The notes under the pieces were generated by a model, which ran no database searches, was not told where the DNA came from, and saw nothing but the letters and a program-made list of their open reading frames with translations. 64,000 nt of DNA. Source: Eledone cirrhosa. Its lineage: Eukaryota. Shown here piece after piece: positions 30,170-44,411 of this stretch. The stretch spans positions 53,320,001-53,384,000 of the forward strand of contig OZ024745.1 in the NCBI GenBank assembly GCA_964016885.1, read 5' to 3'. The first letter of the stretch is position 1. Every line of letters begins with the position of its first letter. A program made the position numbers and the translations under genes.

Positions 30170-31115
30170 CATATTCCTCTTGAGGTCTTGCAATCCTTTC
30201 CACAGATACATTCTTCCCGGGAGTCAGTTGATAACATGCTTCCTCGAGTGAATTGCAAGGCCCACTTGCTCCTTGCGATAAAACCACAGTGGCAAGTAAA
30301 GTTGTCATTTTGAGGAGCAGCATGATGCCACCATGCCTTGATATTAGCACATAGTCGGTCATAATGTTCAAGTTTTTTATGGTCCTTTTTTATATGATAA
30401 GGTTCATATCAACATTCGGTTCTCTTTTGAGACCAACGCCTAGTGATCGTTTTTTTCTTTTTTCTGTCAAAAGGTTACTCTCGGATGAAAAGATGGGAAT
30501 TCAGCAATTTGACACGGGTTCAAAGACACCTTTTAAGTTCTGATAGAAAGATTTAAAGTCACATCCATCGGCAGCATTCTGCAATTCTTGTGATTTCCTT
30601 CAGGGTAGCTGAGACTGACATTTATTTCTGGCCTTCTTGAACTCATTGCAGTCTGCGGCATTATTCCTCTCTGACATCCACCGGCGGTGGCACTTATGCA
30701 TGTCATCCAAAAGAGGAGAAATGTTTGAATCATTTGAATCAAACCAGTCTTGATGTTTTCTCTTTACATTGCCAAAAGTTTCCTGAGCTGATTCATAGAC
30801 ATCACTTTTGAAAGCTGACCATGCTAATTCAATATCTGTGCTGTCAGGGATAATAGTATGACTACTATCACAGAGTGTTTGAAATGCCTTGATATTGTCA
30901 GTGTTGTTGAGTTTTTTCACGTCTACTGCTCGTTGAGTGTGATTTTTACAAGCTAGACAAAGGATAGGGAAGCTGACCTTGGATCGTATTAGGCTATGTT
31001 CAGACCAACACTCACCAATTGAGTAGTGACATGTCATTTTTGTATCATTCCGGAAGGAGGACCTCACAATCACATAATCAATAAGATGATATTGGTTGGA
31101 TCGGGGATGTTTCCA
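30170..31115 (-). mobile_element. Decayed RTE-clade LINE (end of APE endonuclease and linker)
   Basis: LIDYVIVR...GECWSEHSLIRSK and FGNVKRKHQDWFDSND match RTE ORF motifs (IDYVIVR, ECWTDH.LI, RKHQDWFDEND); frameshifted; boundaries approximate. Confidence 0.85.
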
Positions 31116-32017
31116 TATATATATACATTTATATGTTTATATATATATATATTTAATGAGAGAGAGAGTGAGAGAGAGAGAGAGAGAGAGAGTGAGAGAG
31201 AGAGTGTGTGTGTGTGTGAGAGAGAGAGAGATGTAGATAGATAGATATTTACGTGCTTCTCACTGTAGTATACTCTACCATGATTCTCTTTAAACTCGTC
31301 TCATGTATTTGGCATCAGAACACTTGATGTGATAAAAACTTGCTGCTGACGTCATTGGAATAAAAATGTGCCAGGAATTATTAGTTATTAGATTTCGCTG
31401 CATGTTTACGTTGCTCTACACACAATATAAAGCATAATGTTATTAATGTGGTTATTTTGTGTTTCTTTCGTTTCTAATGTTGTTGTTGTCATGTTCTTTA
31501 CTGTTTGTTTTTGATAGGTTTTATTTTAACAATGTTTTTTTTTTGTGTGTGTGTTTTTTTTTATTAAATATTGGTTTATTAATTCTTGTACTGGCGTTAT
31601 GTTAAATCTCTTACGCATGGCACAATATAATTTTCCTATATTTGAAAGTCGGTCGTTGTCTGATCCTGGTTGTCTGATCCAATGATATGCTGCTACAACT
31701 CTGTTTAATTGTTTTCTATTTATCGATTTTATTTATATGTTTCATTTTGTTTTCTATATTAAATCAACATGTAGTTGTGGTAAGGAAAAACTATCCTGTG
31801 TGTTACTGGGACGAGCTATGTCACATATATTGATGAATTAGCACAGTCGTTAGAGAGTCGGTATTAGTTACATCTGTATACGCTCTGAGTTTAAATACCA
31901 CTGCAGAGTTTAAAATAAATTAACAGTCGTAGGGAGTTGATTCTATATCTCTCCCAGTATCCTCTCTCTCTCTCTCCCAGCATAACCTCTTTCTCTCTCC
32001 ATCTATCTCTCTCTCTC

Positions 32018-32074
<57 letters not shown>

Positions 32075-32452
32075 TTCTATCCCTAAAGTGGTTTCCTTCC
32101 ATAGTGAGAATGGTGGTGGCAGTCTATAGAAATAATGAAATGTCGAGCGTCGAGCTAGAAGCATCTTCTCATAAGAAATATCGTGCTGAGAAACCTCCCA
32201 AGAATATACCGGTGTTCAGAATAGCCTGGAAGGGTAAAATAGTAATAGCATTATTTGAATGATGGAATTTTATTTCAGGGAGATGCTTCTCTAAAATCTG
32301 AATGTTCATCGTTCATCGCATGTCTATGCCAGCCGCTCTGAATAATTTCATTTGTGTATTTTATTGGTTTAGTCATAGAAGAAATGGGAAGAGTTGTAAT
32401 CATTGAGGGTCACCGACATTGGACTGGATGAAAACTTGACCAAAGAACAAAA

Positions 32453-32895
32453 AAACGACCCATTGACTACTACGTCAAACAACGACCCATTGACTGCTAC
32501 GTCAAACAACGACCCATTGACTGCAACGTCAAACAACGACTCATTGACTGCAACGTCAAACAACGTCAAACAACGACCCATTGACTGCAGCGTCAAACAA
32601 CGGCCCATTGACTGCAACGTCAAACAACGGCCCATTGACTGCAACGTCAAACAACGACCCATTGACTGCAACGTCAAACAACGACCCATTGACTGCAACG
32701 TCAAACAATGACCCATTGACTGCAACGTCAAACAACGGCGCATTGACTGCAACGTCAAACAACGACCCATTAACTGCAACGTCAAACAACGACCCATTGA
32801 CTACTACGTCAAACAACGACCCATTGACTGCAACGTCAAACAATGACTCATTGACTACTACGTCAAACAACGACCCAGTGACTGCTACGTAAAAC
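32453..32895. repeat. 27-bp minisatellite (caaacaacgacccattgactgcaacgt), ~16 copies
   Basis: Head-to-tail units without spacers; 9-aa periodic ORFs on both strands. Confidence 0.96.
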
Positions 32896-33535
32896 ATCAG
32901 CTTGTAGGTATATTACTATATCCTCAAACCGACGAAGGTCCCGCCAGAATACATCCCAGACAACGCTTATTCTAGTTCTTAAGAGATATTTTTCTACGTT
33001 TCTATTAATGTCAATATACTTCAGTAGCAGATCTTGTCTTAAGGAAGTATTACAGTTCATTCTTGCAAATACTGAATTTGCCGAATCGTTAGAACGTCGG
33101 ATGAAACGTTTTGCGTTATTTATGACAGCTCCTTTCATTCTGTGACGAAATCTCACCGAGATCAATCATGCCATTCTTTTATCCGGAGTCAATATATAGA
33201 GAAGCAGTCTAGCGTGGTGAACTGGTGAAATCGTAAGAGCTCTTTACACTGAGTTTAAAACTTGTTGTAGCCCTCTTAGTTAGAAGATGTAATCCATCAC
33301 CTTATTTAACACCACCACCAGGACCTTGTAAATCATTCTCCCGTTCCTTCAGTAAATACAATATTCCGCAAATTATTATATTAAATATTGTCGTATATAC
33401 TCCTGTTTATGGAATCAAGGTGTCGAACAGTTCTTTTAATGAATTAGATGTAATAAATTATTTGAGAATAATTTCACTTTTCTTTTAATATGTTCCCCGT
33501 ATACACCTATAATCTACTTATTATTTATAATCATA

Positions 33536-33731
33536 GGGCGGTGGATTGGCAGTATCGGTAGAGGCACGGACGCCATGCTTTGCAGCAAAGAAGAGTTACG
33601 GCCTTTTATAGTCTGAGTTCAAATCCCGCCAAGGTTAACTTTGCCATTCATCCTTAGGGGGGGAGGTCGATAAAATAAAGTAACAGTAATACACTGGGAT
33701 AATTGCTGAGCTTGTGCCAAAAGTAGAAACA
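33536..33731 (+). mobile_element. tRNA-derived SINE (family A), full length
   Basis: A-box TGGCAGTATCGG, B-box GAGTTCAAATCC, conserved body, 3' end gtagaaaca; TSD attatttataa(t/a)cata. Confidence 0.92.
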
Positions 33732-36567
33732 ATTATTTATAAACATATAAACAAACAAGGACTTTAATTAACCACTTTATCTTCATAGATAATATTCACT
33801 TAAATTTATATGAGCATCGCCTACCATTTTTCTAGGAATATTCTAAATTTTATTTGATCTCATGACAACTGACTAATGAAATTCTAGTCCATTTAATCAA
33901 TAGTTACGAGATTGTTTTTCCTCCACATCTACAACTAGACCTGCTGTACCATTTTAGAGTTAAATGTAAACAACATGGAAACAACATAATGGTTATTACA
34001 AATTACAAACATCAGTAATTTCGATCAGCAAATTATATCCATTCAATTCAGAAAACTGTAACTTTCTTCATATACTACAACAGCTAAAAGAATTATAAAA
34101 TATCACAAAGAAACTAATTATTCGATAACATGAAAAATTTCCAAATCTAACTCTGAAATTCTCTGAATCCAATATACAAGGCAATGTTTATTTCTATGGA
34201 TCATCAATAAGAAGGGAATTGGCCATTTCAATACAGTAGAATATTCGATCTGAGAGTAGTGGGAGGGGGGCTGGGGCTTATTTCCCTACCACACAGAAAT
34301 ATGCATTCAAAATTGCCAAGTTCCGGTCGTTGACTGTTTGTAGAAGCTCTAGGAAAACGTTGCGCAATGATGTTGTTAGATTTATAGATTTTTATCGCCG
34401 TGCAATTTAATCGGATAGAAATTTTAAACAGATCTATGCTGATATGATTTCTCTATTTATGTACCCAGTTATTACTAATACTTTAAAGAATTTTGTTGCT
34501 TAACTGATGGCATGTTAGACGAGCGATCGAAGTATTGATAGTTAATACCACGTTTCCGGAACATTTTTGTTGCTGTTGTTGTTGTTTTCTTTTATATAGC
34601 TAAAATGTTTAATCCTAAAATAACAAAAACAAAAGAACTATATTTACTACATACAGATAAAACCTCATGGAATAAACATCTGGAATATTTAATAAAGTAA
34701 CGAGAATTTCATTGCATTATATATTTAATGCAGAAGATCGTAGATAGATAAATTCTACTAGATACATGCCATTGAAGTGAAGTATTTCGTGATTTTCCCT
34801 CTGAGTAAAGTATAAGAATCATTGAGCAATTAACTTTAGTTTACATTAACATATTGACTTTCATAAACCTTAACTATGGCAGCTCCAATGTGAACGTTAG
34901 AACTGCTGAAACGAATAGCTATAATCTAACCCAAATTATATCCTACATGTATTAAAGTGAAAAGACAGACTAGATAGTCAAGTCTTAGATACTACTGAAA
35001 AACCAATAGACTGTTGTGGATGGAATACCTTTGGAGATAGTTCTGCTGGATGGAATGATTTGAAGATAGGGATATTGGATCAGATCTAACTTAGTGCAAA
35101 ATGTCAAGAACAACAACATCAGTAACAACTACAACTACATTTTTGTTGGTATAAACTTTCATCTTCTTTTACCATTTATTTACACTTACACATGCTATAT
35201 TAGTTTTTGTTTTCTACATTACTGTTCTGTAGCATTATTATGCACATTGCAGCATCATCAAATGTTTTCAATAGCATAGTTCTTTCCATGTGAAGAGGTT
35301 ACAAGGCCTTTACGCAAAACATCTCCGTTTTGAGAGAAAGAGTGGCTTTGAGTAGTTTAGAAATTCAGCTAGACAAAGAAAGCAGCAGTGTAAAATCTAC
35401 ATGAGTATTCGATTGGTACTTCATTCAACGTCACTGGAAGGATGACAAGCAACGTTGACCTCGGTAGGATTTGAACGAATACAACAAGGCAACGACTTTA
35501 CTAATCAAGCGCCCAATAGAACTTTACTCTCGCTATTGTTTTCTCACCAACCACTAACCTTCAACTGTATCAAATTTATACTTCCAATTTAGCCTACATT
35601 CTAGAAAATATTGAGAATTAGATAAGATCAGGCCTCTTTTTCTCAAACGAAACCAAAATATGTGTGCATGATTATATATATGCACAAACACGTGTGTCTG
35701 AGTGTATTACGTGTGTATCTAGGCTCGGAAAATACGAAGGGAAGAGTAATCTCCATTATCTAGTCAGTAAATAGACTAATTACAGCTTTAACAGAAAACA
35801 AAATAAAAATTATTTCAACTAATTATCGAAATATTCAAAATAAAAGAAATTTTCAAAAAAATCAATACCCTAAAAATAATTACACTAATTAAGAAATTTT
35901 AATGAGTGTTTGTGGTGCCTTGTTCATTTCTTGGTGACTAACGTTGAATACCGCAGAAATGTACTCATAAATATATATATATATGATGTTATGTGCATAC
36001 ATATCCAACAAAATATCTGGAAAACTAGCTAACGGTTTCTGTTCCCTGTTAAAACAAGAGTACATCATTAGATAATACTATTGTCAAATACATAAGTATT
36101 ACAAAATAAGACTGCTTTTGTTTGGAGGGAATGTTATCTTACGTTTTCAACCATTGTTTGTTTTGAAAAAAGGATACTTTCTTTAAGACACTCGTGTACA
36201 TTTTAATGGAACTCCTTACAGGAAGATCCTTCAAATTGATTAATAGTGTCTTTAAAGTGTATGAAATTCAAGTAGATTGGTAGATAGGCTAACGGCTTTT
36301 CTTTGATCAAGACCAACAAACTTCTGTTACAAGAGTGCCACCAGGTATTTAACAATTCCATGCGACCAGCTCAAATGAGAATGCATACAAATGTATTGTA
36401 TGATCTTTTGAATCCACTGCACTTTATAACTAATTTTTGTTTATTGACACAAAGGAGCAAATCGGTCTCCATGTCTATTGAACTTCAATGTAAATAACAT
36501 ATTTAAATACTTTAACACTTTCAGCTCTACGCACAGCTAATTCTGCAAATTTTCCCCAAACAACTAC

Positions 36568-36625
<58 letters not shown>

Positions 36626-36627
<2 letters not shown>

Positions 36628-37045
36628 TAAAGTCAATGAAAACCATGACCGCAGGAAGGCACTTTGCTCTAGCTCCCTCTAATATCCTCCTCAGCATCAG
36701 GATGTGACTGGTGGTTGATCTACCCTCACTGAAGCCGTTCTGGTTGTCCCTGAGCTTCTTCTCCATCTTAGGCTGGATCCTGTTAAGAATCATCCTGTTG
36801 AGGGTCTTTGCCACAAGTGACGTCAATGAGATCCCCCGGTAGTTGTTGGTGTTAGAGAGATCTCCCTTCTTTGTCACTGGGACGATGTTACTGATCCTCC
36901 ACTGATTCGGGGCAACTCCTTTCTCCAGTGCCCCGTTACAGAACCCCAGGATGATATCATCAAAATCACACCTCTTCATCACCTCTGATGCCACTCCATC
37001 TTCTCCATGAGCCTTGCCCTCCTTGATCCTCTTCTTGGCTCTCTG
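36626..37045 (-). mobile_element. RTE/RTEX LINE 1, inverted 5' segment (RT N-terminal part)
   Basis: KKGDLSNTNNYRGISLTS...NQNGF...VMVFIDFR. Confidence 0.93.
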
Positions 37046-38013
37046 AAGCCTTTGATTCTGTGGACCGTTACTGCCTGATGAAGAACTTACAGGCTTATGG
37101 AATCCCCAAGAAGATAGTGGACCTGATATCACTGCTCTACACCAACACCAAAGCCCAAGTCATTACACCTGATGGGATGACAGAGTTCTTTGAGATACTG
37201 GCTGGAGTGCTCCAGGGAGATACATTGGCTCCCTACCTTTTTATCATCGTAGTGGACTATTGTATGCGCCTTGCACTGGAGAAACACCAGGACTCTGGCT
37301 TTACTGTAGCACCGGCTCAGAGCAGGAGAGTTAGGGCGAAAAAGGTATCGGATGCTGAGTTTGCCGACGACATAGTTTTGGTGACAAATACAGTGAGGGA
37401 GGCAGAGGATTTGATGCGGGAGGTTGAGACTGTGTCGATGAGTGTGGGGCTGAGAATGAATGAGACTAAAACAAAATATCTGGTAGAGAATGTTGAGAAG
37501 CCAGAGGGGATCACTAATGTAGGCGGGAAGCCGCTGGAATTGGTTGAGGACTTCCTGTATTTGGGAGCAAAGATTGGGAATACGGAGGATGATGTGGTTG
37601 AGAGGAGGAGCAAGGCCTGGGCGGCGTGCCACAGCTTGAGATCGATGTGGAAGTCGGACCTTCGTAGAGACCTGAAAGTCCGCCTCTTCATTGCTGTAGT
37701 GGAGTCTGTGCTGCTGTATGGGTCTGAGACTTGGACACTGACCAAGAAACTCACTCAGATGGTGGATGGGTGCTACACGAGAATGCTGAGGTTAGCTGGA
37801 CATGCTCACCGACATCCAGGGTTGACATTGCACTCAGTACTCCTTTGGGGGCCCCTACATGGACACACTAGAAGAGGAAGACCAAGGTTAACGTATGTTG
37901 ATGCCCTAAGGACAGAGACTGGTCTGTTGGAGATGCAGGGCATGGCAGCGATAATGAGGGACAGAGACTGCTGGAGAGAACTCGTCCATGGATCTCGGGA
38001 ATTTTACCCGCTT
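37046..38013 (+). mobile_element. RTE/RTEX LINE 1, forward 3' segment (RT core and C-terminus)
   Basis: KAFDSVDR...GVLQGDTLAPYLF...FADDI...FLYLG...LLYGSETW; ends in (TA)n. Confidence 0.95.
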
Positions 38014-38029
38014 TATATATATATATATA

Positions 38030-38660
38030 TTCCATTCTGGTTGTTACGAAGGATTGGCTCAAGAAATGGGATTAAGTGGTTAAGAAGAAGCTTGTTGTAT
38101 ATTTTTGCAGCAATTGCTATGAGAGAAATTCCTCTATAGTTGGTGACTAAAGAAAGATCTCCTTTTTGGGGCATGGGGATAATTTGAGCTGCATGCCAGA
38201 CGCTAGGTGGTTTATTGGTCTCGAAAGTATGGTTACATAAGTTGAGCAAAAGGATGTGGAAATGCTCATCCTTCCAAATCAGGGTAGGTATATTATCCGG
38301 CCCAAAGGCTTTTGAGGCTTTGAGCTGTTTGATGGCTTCTTTGAGCTCAGGCATATTGAAAGGAGAGGTGTTGATTCCTAAAGGCTCTGAAACCTGAACG
38401 GATGGCAGTTGATAGTTATCAGGGAGTCTGGCCTTTTTCCCTAGAAGGTTTTTAAAATGAGCAGACCAATTTTCAAGACGTTTTTTTGGCAGAGCCTCCT
38501 TTGATTCTAACTGCAGAGTTTAAGTTTTTGCCTGAAAGATCTTTGACAACCTTCCAAGCAAGATGATGGTGTTTGCTGATGTGATGTTGCGATAGCTGAT
38601 CAATCCTACCTGAGATATAGTCGGCTTCAGCATTAAGATAAGCGTCGTCTAGTGATTTGT
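38030..38660 (-). mobile_element. RTE/RTEX LINE 2, inverted 5' segment
   Basis: KAFGPDNIP...KGDLSLVTNYRGISL...ILRNNQNG. Confidence 0.93.
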
Positions 38661-39533
38661 TGTGGATTATGTTTTGCGCATGTCTGTGGATAGGATTCAG
38701 GATAGGGGATACCAACTACAGCCTAGGAGAAGCTCACGCTACCCAGCAAAATACTTGACCGACACCGACTTTGCTGACGACATCGCATTGATCAGTCGGT
38801 CACTGGAAAATGCTGAGAGTCTTTTGAAGTCATTAGAGCAAGCGTCCAACTGTGTTGGACTGTACCTCAACGAATCCAAGACTGAGTATGTGAACAGATG
38901 CGCAAACAGCCCAAACTACCCCACCAGAACCCTTAATCGTACCACCCTTAAGCAGGTGGAAGATTACAAGTATCTTGGCTCATATATCTCCTCCTCCAAA
39001 AAAGATTTTCTAACCAGGAAGGGTATGGCATGGTCAGCGTGCAATGACATGCACGCCATATGGACATCTCAACTTTCCAACAAGCTAAAACTGGAAATAT
39101 TCCAAGCAACCATTAAGCCCATATTACTTTATGGATCCGAAACTTGGACACTAACATCACAACTTGAGAGGAGATTGGATGGCACATATACCCGCCTCTT
39201 AATGAGAGTGCAAAACCTATCCTGGAAACGACATTCCACCTTGTCTAAAATCGATGGCAAACTCCCTCGAGCCTCTGCCCTTCTAAAATCCCGGAGAGCT
39301 CAATTTGCTGGCCACTGTCACCGTGCCAGCAATGAAATCATATCCGCTCTCTTGCTCTGGAACCCTGACTCCAGCCTGACTAGGAGTAGGAAGCTGTCAT
39401 TCCCTGACGTTATCTCTAGGGATACGGGAATCAGTAGACAGGACCTGGGGGAAGCGATGGGGGACAGGGAATTCTGGGGCATGAGGGTGAGATCCATCAT
39501 CTCGAGAGTAGTCGACGAATGATGATGATGATG
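38661..39533 (+). mobile_element. RTE/RTEX LINE 2, forward 3' segment with (GAT)n tail
   Basis: DYVLR...DTDFADDIAL...YKYLGS...LLYGSETW...FAGHC; stop at 39520-39522 runs straight into gatgatgat. Confidence 0.95.
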
Positions 39534-40826
39534 TATATATACCACGACGAGCTAAAGCCAGTATTTGAAATATATAGTATAAAATTGTCTAGCTTACATG
39601 CTAATTAAGTGTTTCTCGGTGAGATTTGCTGCATAAGTGAAACGCACGAAATATAATCGTTTTCCAATCTTAAATACCACTATAAGTGTCGTCCCTTGTC
39701 TACAGTTTTCTTTGCGGATAAAAGATACAGTTTTCCTCAGATAGAAAGCACCAAATTTTAACTACCCACTAAAAGTCGAAAATTTTCTCACTAGTTACAT
39801 ATTGCTACTGTGTTTAGAATGAATGATACGATACCCATTTGGCAGCTGGTGAACTTAAGAGGAGAGAGTTATATGTAAAAAGTATGATCGTCACTGTTCA
39901 GAAATTAGCATAACCTTAGTTGGTTGCACGAAACCGAACGATTCAGCTACCAATACTCTCGAAATGCTAAGCACTTAAACTGGAAACTGAGGCCCCACGC
40001 CTCGAGCATTCCTTCGTTAATATTACTATCTTACTATCAATAAAAATGTACATTTTAAGAACAGAAGAATGTTGAGTCTGACATTCACGCCTATATCATC
40101 TTCTCCTACGTTCTATCAACGACCTTTCTCACAGCTTAACGTAGCCCAGAAGGAGGAAGAGGGGGAGGAGGAGGTTACATTGAGAGTAGCAGATCAGTCA
40201 TTAAGGCGTTTAACTAATGCTTGACAGTATTTTTTCCGGCTCTTTATTTTTTTAGTTGAAATCCAGCCGAAGCCAACTTTGCCTTTTATTCTTTCCAGGT
40301 CGATGATATAAAGTAGCAGTCCGTTATTGCAGTCGACAACTTTCCCCTTCTTAAAACTGGTGGTCTGTAAGATTATTTTACCAAAAGCTTATCAGTTGAT
40401 CTTTGTTAAACTCTTCTCGGATCTATTATAATCTCTCTAAAATCCTTCAGTTAGTAAAAGGTAATTTCTTATCTCAAGAGATCATGTAGTAATTAATACT
40501 TATTTTAAAGTTCTAAATAGGATGAAAAGCAAAGCCAAACCACAGAGGATTTGGAATTATTCCCAGAAGGTGAAGAAATAAGTTTCAGTGTCTACATATA
40601 ATATGTTTGGTAACTTACTATAATCGTTTATAAACGATGTACCGTGGACTTTTTAAGGATTTACAGACCACATACCAACCAATTCGTGATTGTCTTGTCA
40701 AATATATTATTCATAAATTGGTTATAAGTAATTATTATTAATATAACTAAATATAAGCTTGTGCTGTGGCGGCGATGTATTTGATTTGCATGGTTTTTTA
40801 TATGAAATCGTATGTTAAAACAGATA

Positions 40827-41002
40827 TTGCTATATTAGGGGAGGGTCAGTTTGTTATAATATTGCCAGAAAAATATAGCAAAACACACTCACTATTTGGT
40901 TTGGGTTGATTTTCGCTTCGGTTGTTTTTAATAGTTTTATAGTTTGTTTTTCTATATTTTTCTGCAACATTATAACAACATGACCCTCCCCAAATATAAC
41001 AA
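40827..41002. mobile_element. MITE-like or fold-back copy of the TGTTATA.TTGGGGAGGGTCA repeat (imperfect ~58-bp inverted ends)
   Basis: ttgctatattaggggagggtca... / ...tgaccctccccaaatataacaa. Confidence 0.75.
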
Positions 41003-41269
41003 TAACTAGATATAATTTGCTGGATATATCTTCTTTTAAATGTTTAACTCACAAAAGTATTTTTTCTGTATATCATGTAAAATTCTTCAGTAATTTTGGG
41101 TTTCATTTCCAATGCACCACTAAGTAAAAATAAGTACCACTACATTACTGCCACGTGGTTACGAAAATCCGGAGCGGTTATATGTTGATATATTATAAAA
41201 CCAAGGAGTGATTACCGTTTCAGAGATGACCGTGTATTGGGAAAATGAAATATCACAATTTGTGAATTA

Positions 41270-42139
41270 TCTATATATATAAAACAGAGGATGTCTGTCT
41301 GTGCGTATGTGAGTTCAAATCTCTAAAACTCGAGAACCACCCAACCAACTGTTTTCAAACTTTACACATGTAATACTTATGTTTCAGGGAGTGTTCTGAG
41401 CAAATAATTTCAAATTTTCTATGCCCCCGGGACCACATTAGGCGATTTAGCGATCTCGCTCTATAATTTTTAGTCTTTCTCTTTTTAGATAGATACATAC
41501 TTATAACGTCGCGCCCTTATAATATCTGTCTGTATGTCTGCTGACTGCATTACGTCACTTCCTTGAGGATGTGTGTGTGTGTGTGTGTGAGTTTTAATCC
41601 CTAAAACTCGAGAAGTACCCAACCGATTTTTTTCAAACTTTACATACGTATTACTTTTTGTATCTCCTATGGCTCGTATTAGGTGAAAAACTGCGTTATT
41701 TAACATTTGTAGGGTTTTTTGAGGCGTTACGTCAGACCGATTTCCTTGAAATTGTAACTATGTATTAGTCAGTCTCTTCTTCATACCGTAAGCAAAGAAA
41801 ATCCAGCTTTCTTATGGCCTAGGGCCCGCATTAGGTGAAAAACTTCATTTGTTCAGCTTCTTAGGGCTTTTTGGAGGCGTTACGTCTAGCCGATTTTCCC
41901 GAAATTTCAAGGCATATTATGCACATAAAAAAAAATCATTTTCTTGATCCCCTAGGGCCCGCATTAGGTGAAAACCTGCATTTTTCCTGCTTCATCGAGG
42001 AAAATCTTAAAGATTATCCAGCCATCAGAGTATTCGGTTTATTTTCTTTACATATTGTCCAGGCATGCAGTTTTTAGGTCTAATGGCGGCTCGCGTTACA
42101 AAATACCTTATCCCGTGCAACGCCGGGTACCACTGCTAG
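41270..42139 (+). mobile_element. Non-autonomous Helitron
   Basis: 5' a|TCTATATATATAAAA; 3' hairpin cccgtgcaacgccggg followed 8 nt later by CTAG; internal repeats (ctaaaactcgagaa x2; attaggtgaaaa x3). Confidence 0.85.
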
Positions 42140-44130
42140 AATAAAGATAACGTAAATATGCATTGCCGCCAATTGAAATCAAATCAATGTATTTCTAGTG
42201 CATGATTTTTTTTTTTTTCGTTCTAAAAGTAACGATAGGTGAACGGTACATTGGCAAAATTTGAAATCAGAAAGTAGAAATGAAGATAAGCGATTGGAAT
42301 ATATGTAGTCATTTCAGAATTTGTTTTGATTTTCTAATCACTAGTCATTAAATACATTACGATTGATTTCATCACAATCAAATACAAATCTAATATTTAC
42401 CGACCAGACTGTTTATCTGTATCTGTGTCTAGAGAAGAAGTCATGTATAAATTCAGTAACAGTTTGCAAGTGCATGTGTATATTGAATATACAAAAATAA
42501 CACTTCTGCACTAAAAATTAATTTAGACAAACTTTAATCTCGAAATATGGTTACGTTTTGCTTCAAGGTACATGGCGTAGACAGAGTAATATTTAATTCA
42601 AGAGTCTTCGTTTCTACTGAATATGTGAAACATAAATCGCCTAAACGGTGCACATTTAGTTCAATTAGAAATGTTGATAAATTTCTTTCTTTTTGTTTAG
42701 TTTTCATGAGTAACTTTTTTATGCTTTTGTTTCTTTATTTCATTTGTTTCATTTTCTACGGATTTTATTTTATTTCACAAACTGGTTTGGTTGTTAAAAT
42801 GAAACAATTTACTTTATTTAATGGTTGAGTGAGTCAAGCATGTATATAAGGTAAAGTTATTTTGTGCAACTTAATCAATGTTCACCGGAAAATGTCATAG
42901 GCTCATTTCATTTGGAGCTGACATGTGTTCAAAGCGCCTACATCTAACATTTTTCATTTAATATTGCTGTTCAGTTAAATGTATAAAGACACTGAGCATT
43001 TGTATAAATGATGAATGCTTCCTTAGCTTCCATTAAAGTATAGTTTATGCTTGATGCGCTGCATGAAAACAAAGTTTTCTTTCAATTAGCTGACAATTCA
43101 ATAATATGCCTTGAAAGACTCAATGTTAACAGAATCTTTACCTTCATGCATCTCCGTAATGATATCATTCCATTCAAATAAATAGCTACAAAAATACATG
43201 TAGTCAAAGAAAGGGATTGTGTGTGGTGATTTCAGATGCTAGATCCCTGACGCCAGGAAACGAAACATTAGATAATATATTCACCTAATATATATACCTA
43301 AAAGCATTTGATGACTCAACAGCAATACCTTTGACTTTATCATTTATCTGCGACAATAAGGATGAATTTTCCATCAATTTCAACCATGAACACTCAAAAG
43401 TTCGAATTACAAAATTCTTATTCGTCAAATGAACGTGTAAATGTGACACTATGACGAAATTGGGTCATTAAATACAGGTAGAATCAAGTAAATGAGTGGG
43501 ATATGAACTCAGAGCGCAAAAATTCAGTATGAATACGACAAGGCATTGTATCCATACACCAAATCACCTGCCACCTCGCTAACTTACCTGGTGTCAAATA
43601 TCAACACCATCAATTGTAACAATAAATAGTTCAAGAAGGTATTTGAGTATATTTTCACATCTTTAATCAAGTGAAAATCTCTGAGGACGAGGACAGAAGC
43701 TAGAGAAATTGGTGCCAAGTATCATAGACAATATACGATCAAATAAATATATTTCATTTTCTATCTGGTGAACACTATATATATTCAACAAATCCGAGAT
43801 TTTACATTAATTCATTTATGTGTTGTAGTTCTTTTTTTCTGCATGTTATTGGAGCTGTCTGTCTTTTGCGTTTTAATTTTTTATTGTTTTAGTTACTACT
43901 ATAATCATGGCTTAGACAGATATCAAACGCTATTCATATTTATTTCTTTTTTAAATACTACTACTGAGGAAAGGAGAGGGAGAAAAAGTAGAGAGAGTGA
44001 GAGAGAAAGTTCATTCAACTATGTATTTCTTTTGTTCTTATTTTTTCAATGAATTCTTTATTACGAAAAGAAGAAAATTGAGACAACCTTTACCGATTCA
44101 CTGATATCAATCATACAAATATGCATACAG

Positions 44131-44182
<52 letters not shown>

Positions 44183-44411
44183 CCCTTTGCTCAGTTAGTA
44201 GTTTTACAGAATTAATCTTATTTAGTTTCTCTTGGAATTTGGTCAGAAACTGTGTTTGTGGCTAGATTCCAAACACATCGTAAGGGGATTACTTCTGTAA
44301 AACTAGTAAATGAATAAAAACTATAACATACTCTACTCACTGAATCATTGAGTACTTTCTTTTGTAACTGTAAGCCTTGTTCTCAAAAATAGAAGTAGAG
44401 AAAAAATAATG

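Noticed and set aside
32453-32895. CRISPR-like array (27-bp repeat with dyad)
   Set aside because: No unique spacers, no cas genes, eukaryotic context
33536-33640. tRNA gene
   Set aside because: A/B boxes belong to a multi-copy SINE head; no cloverleaf, TSDs present
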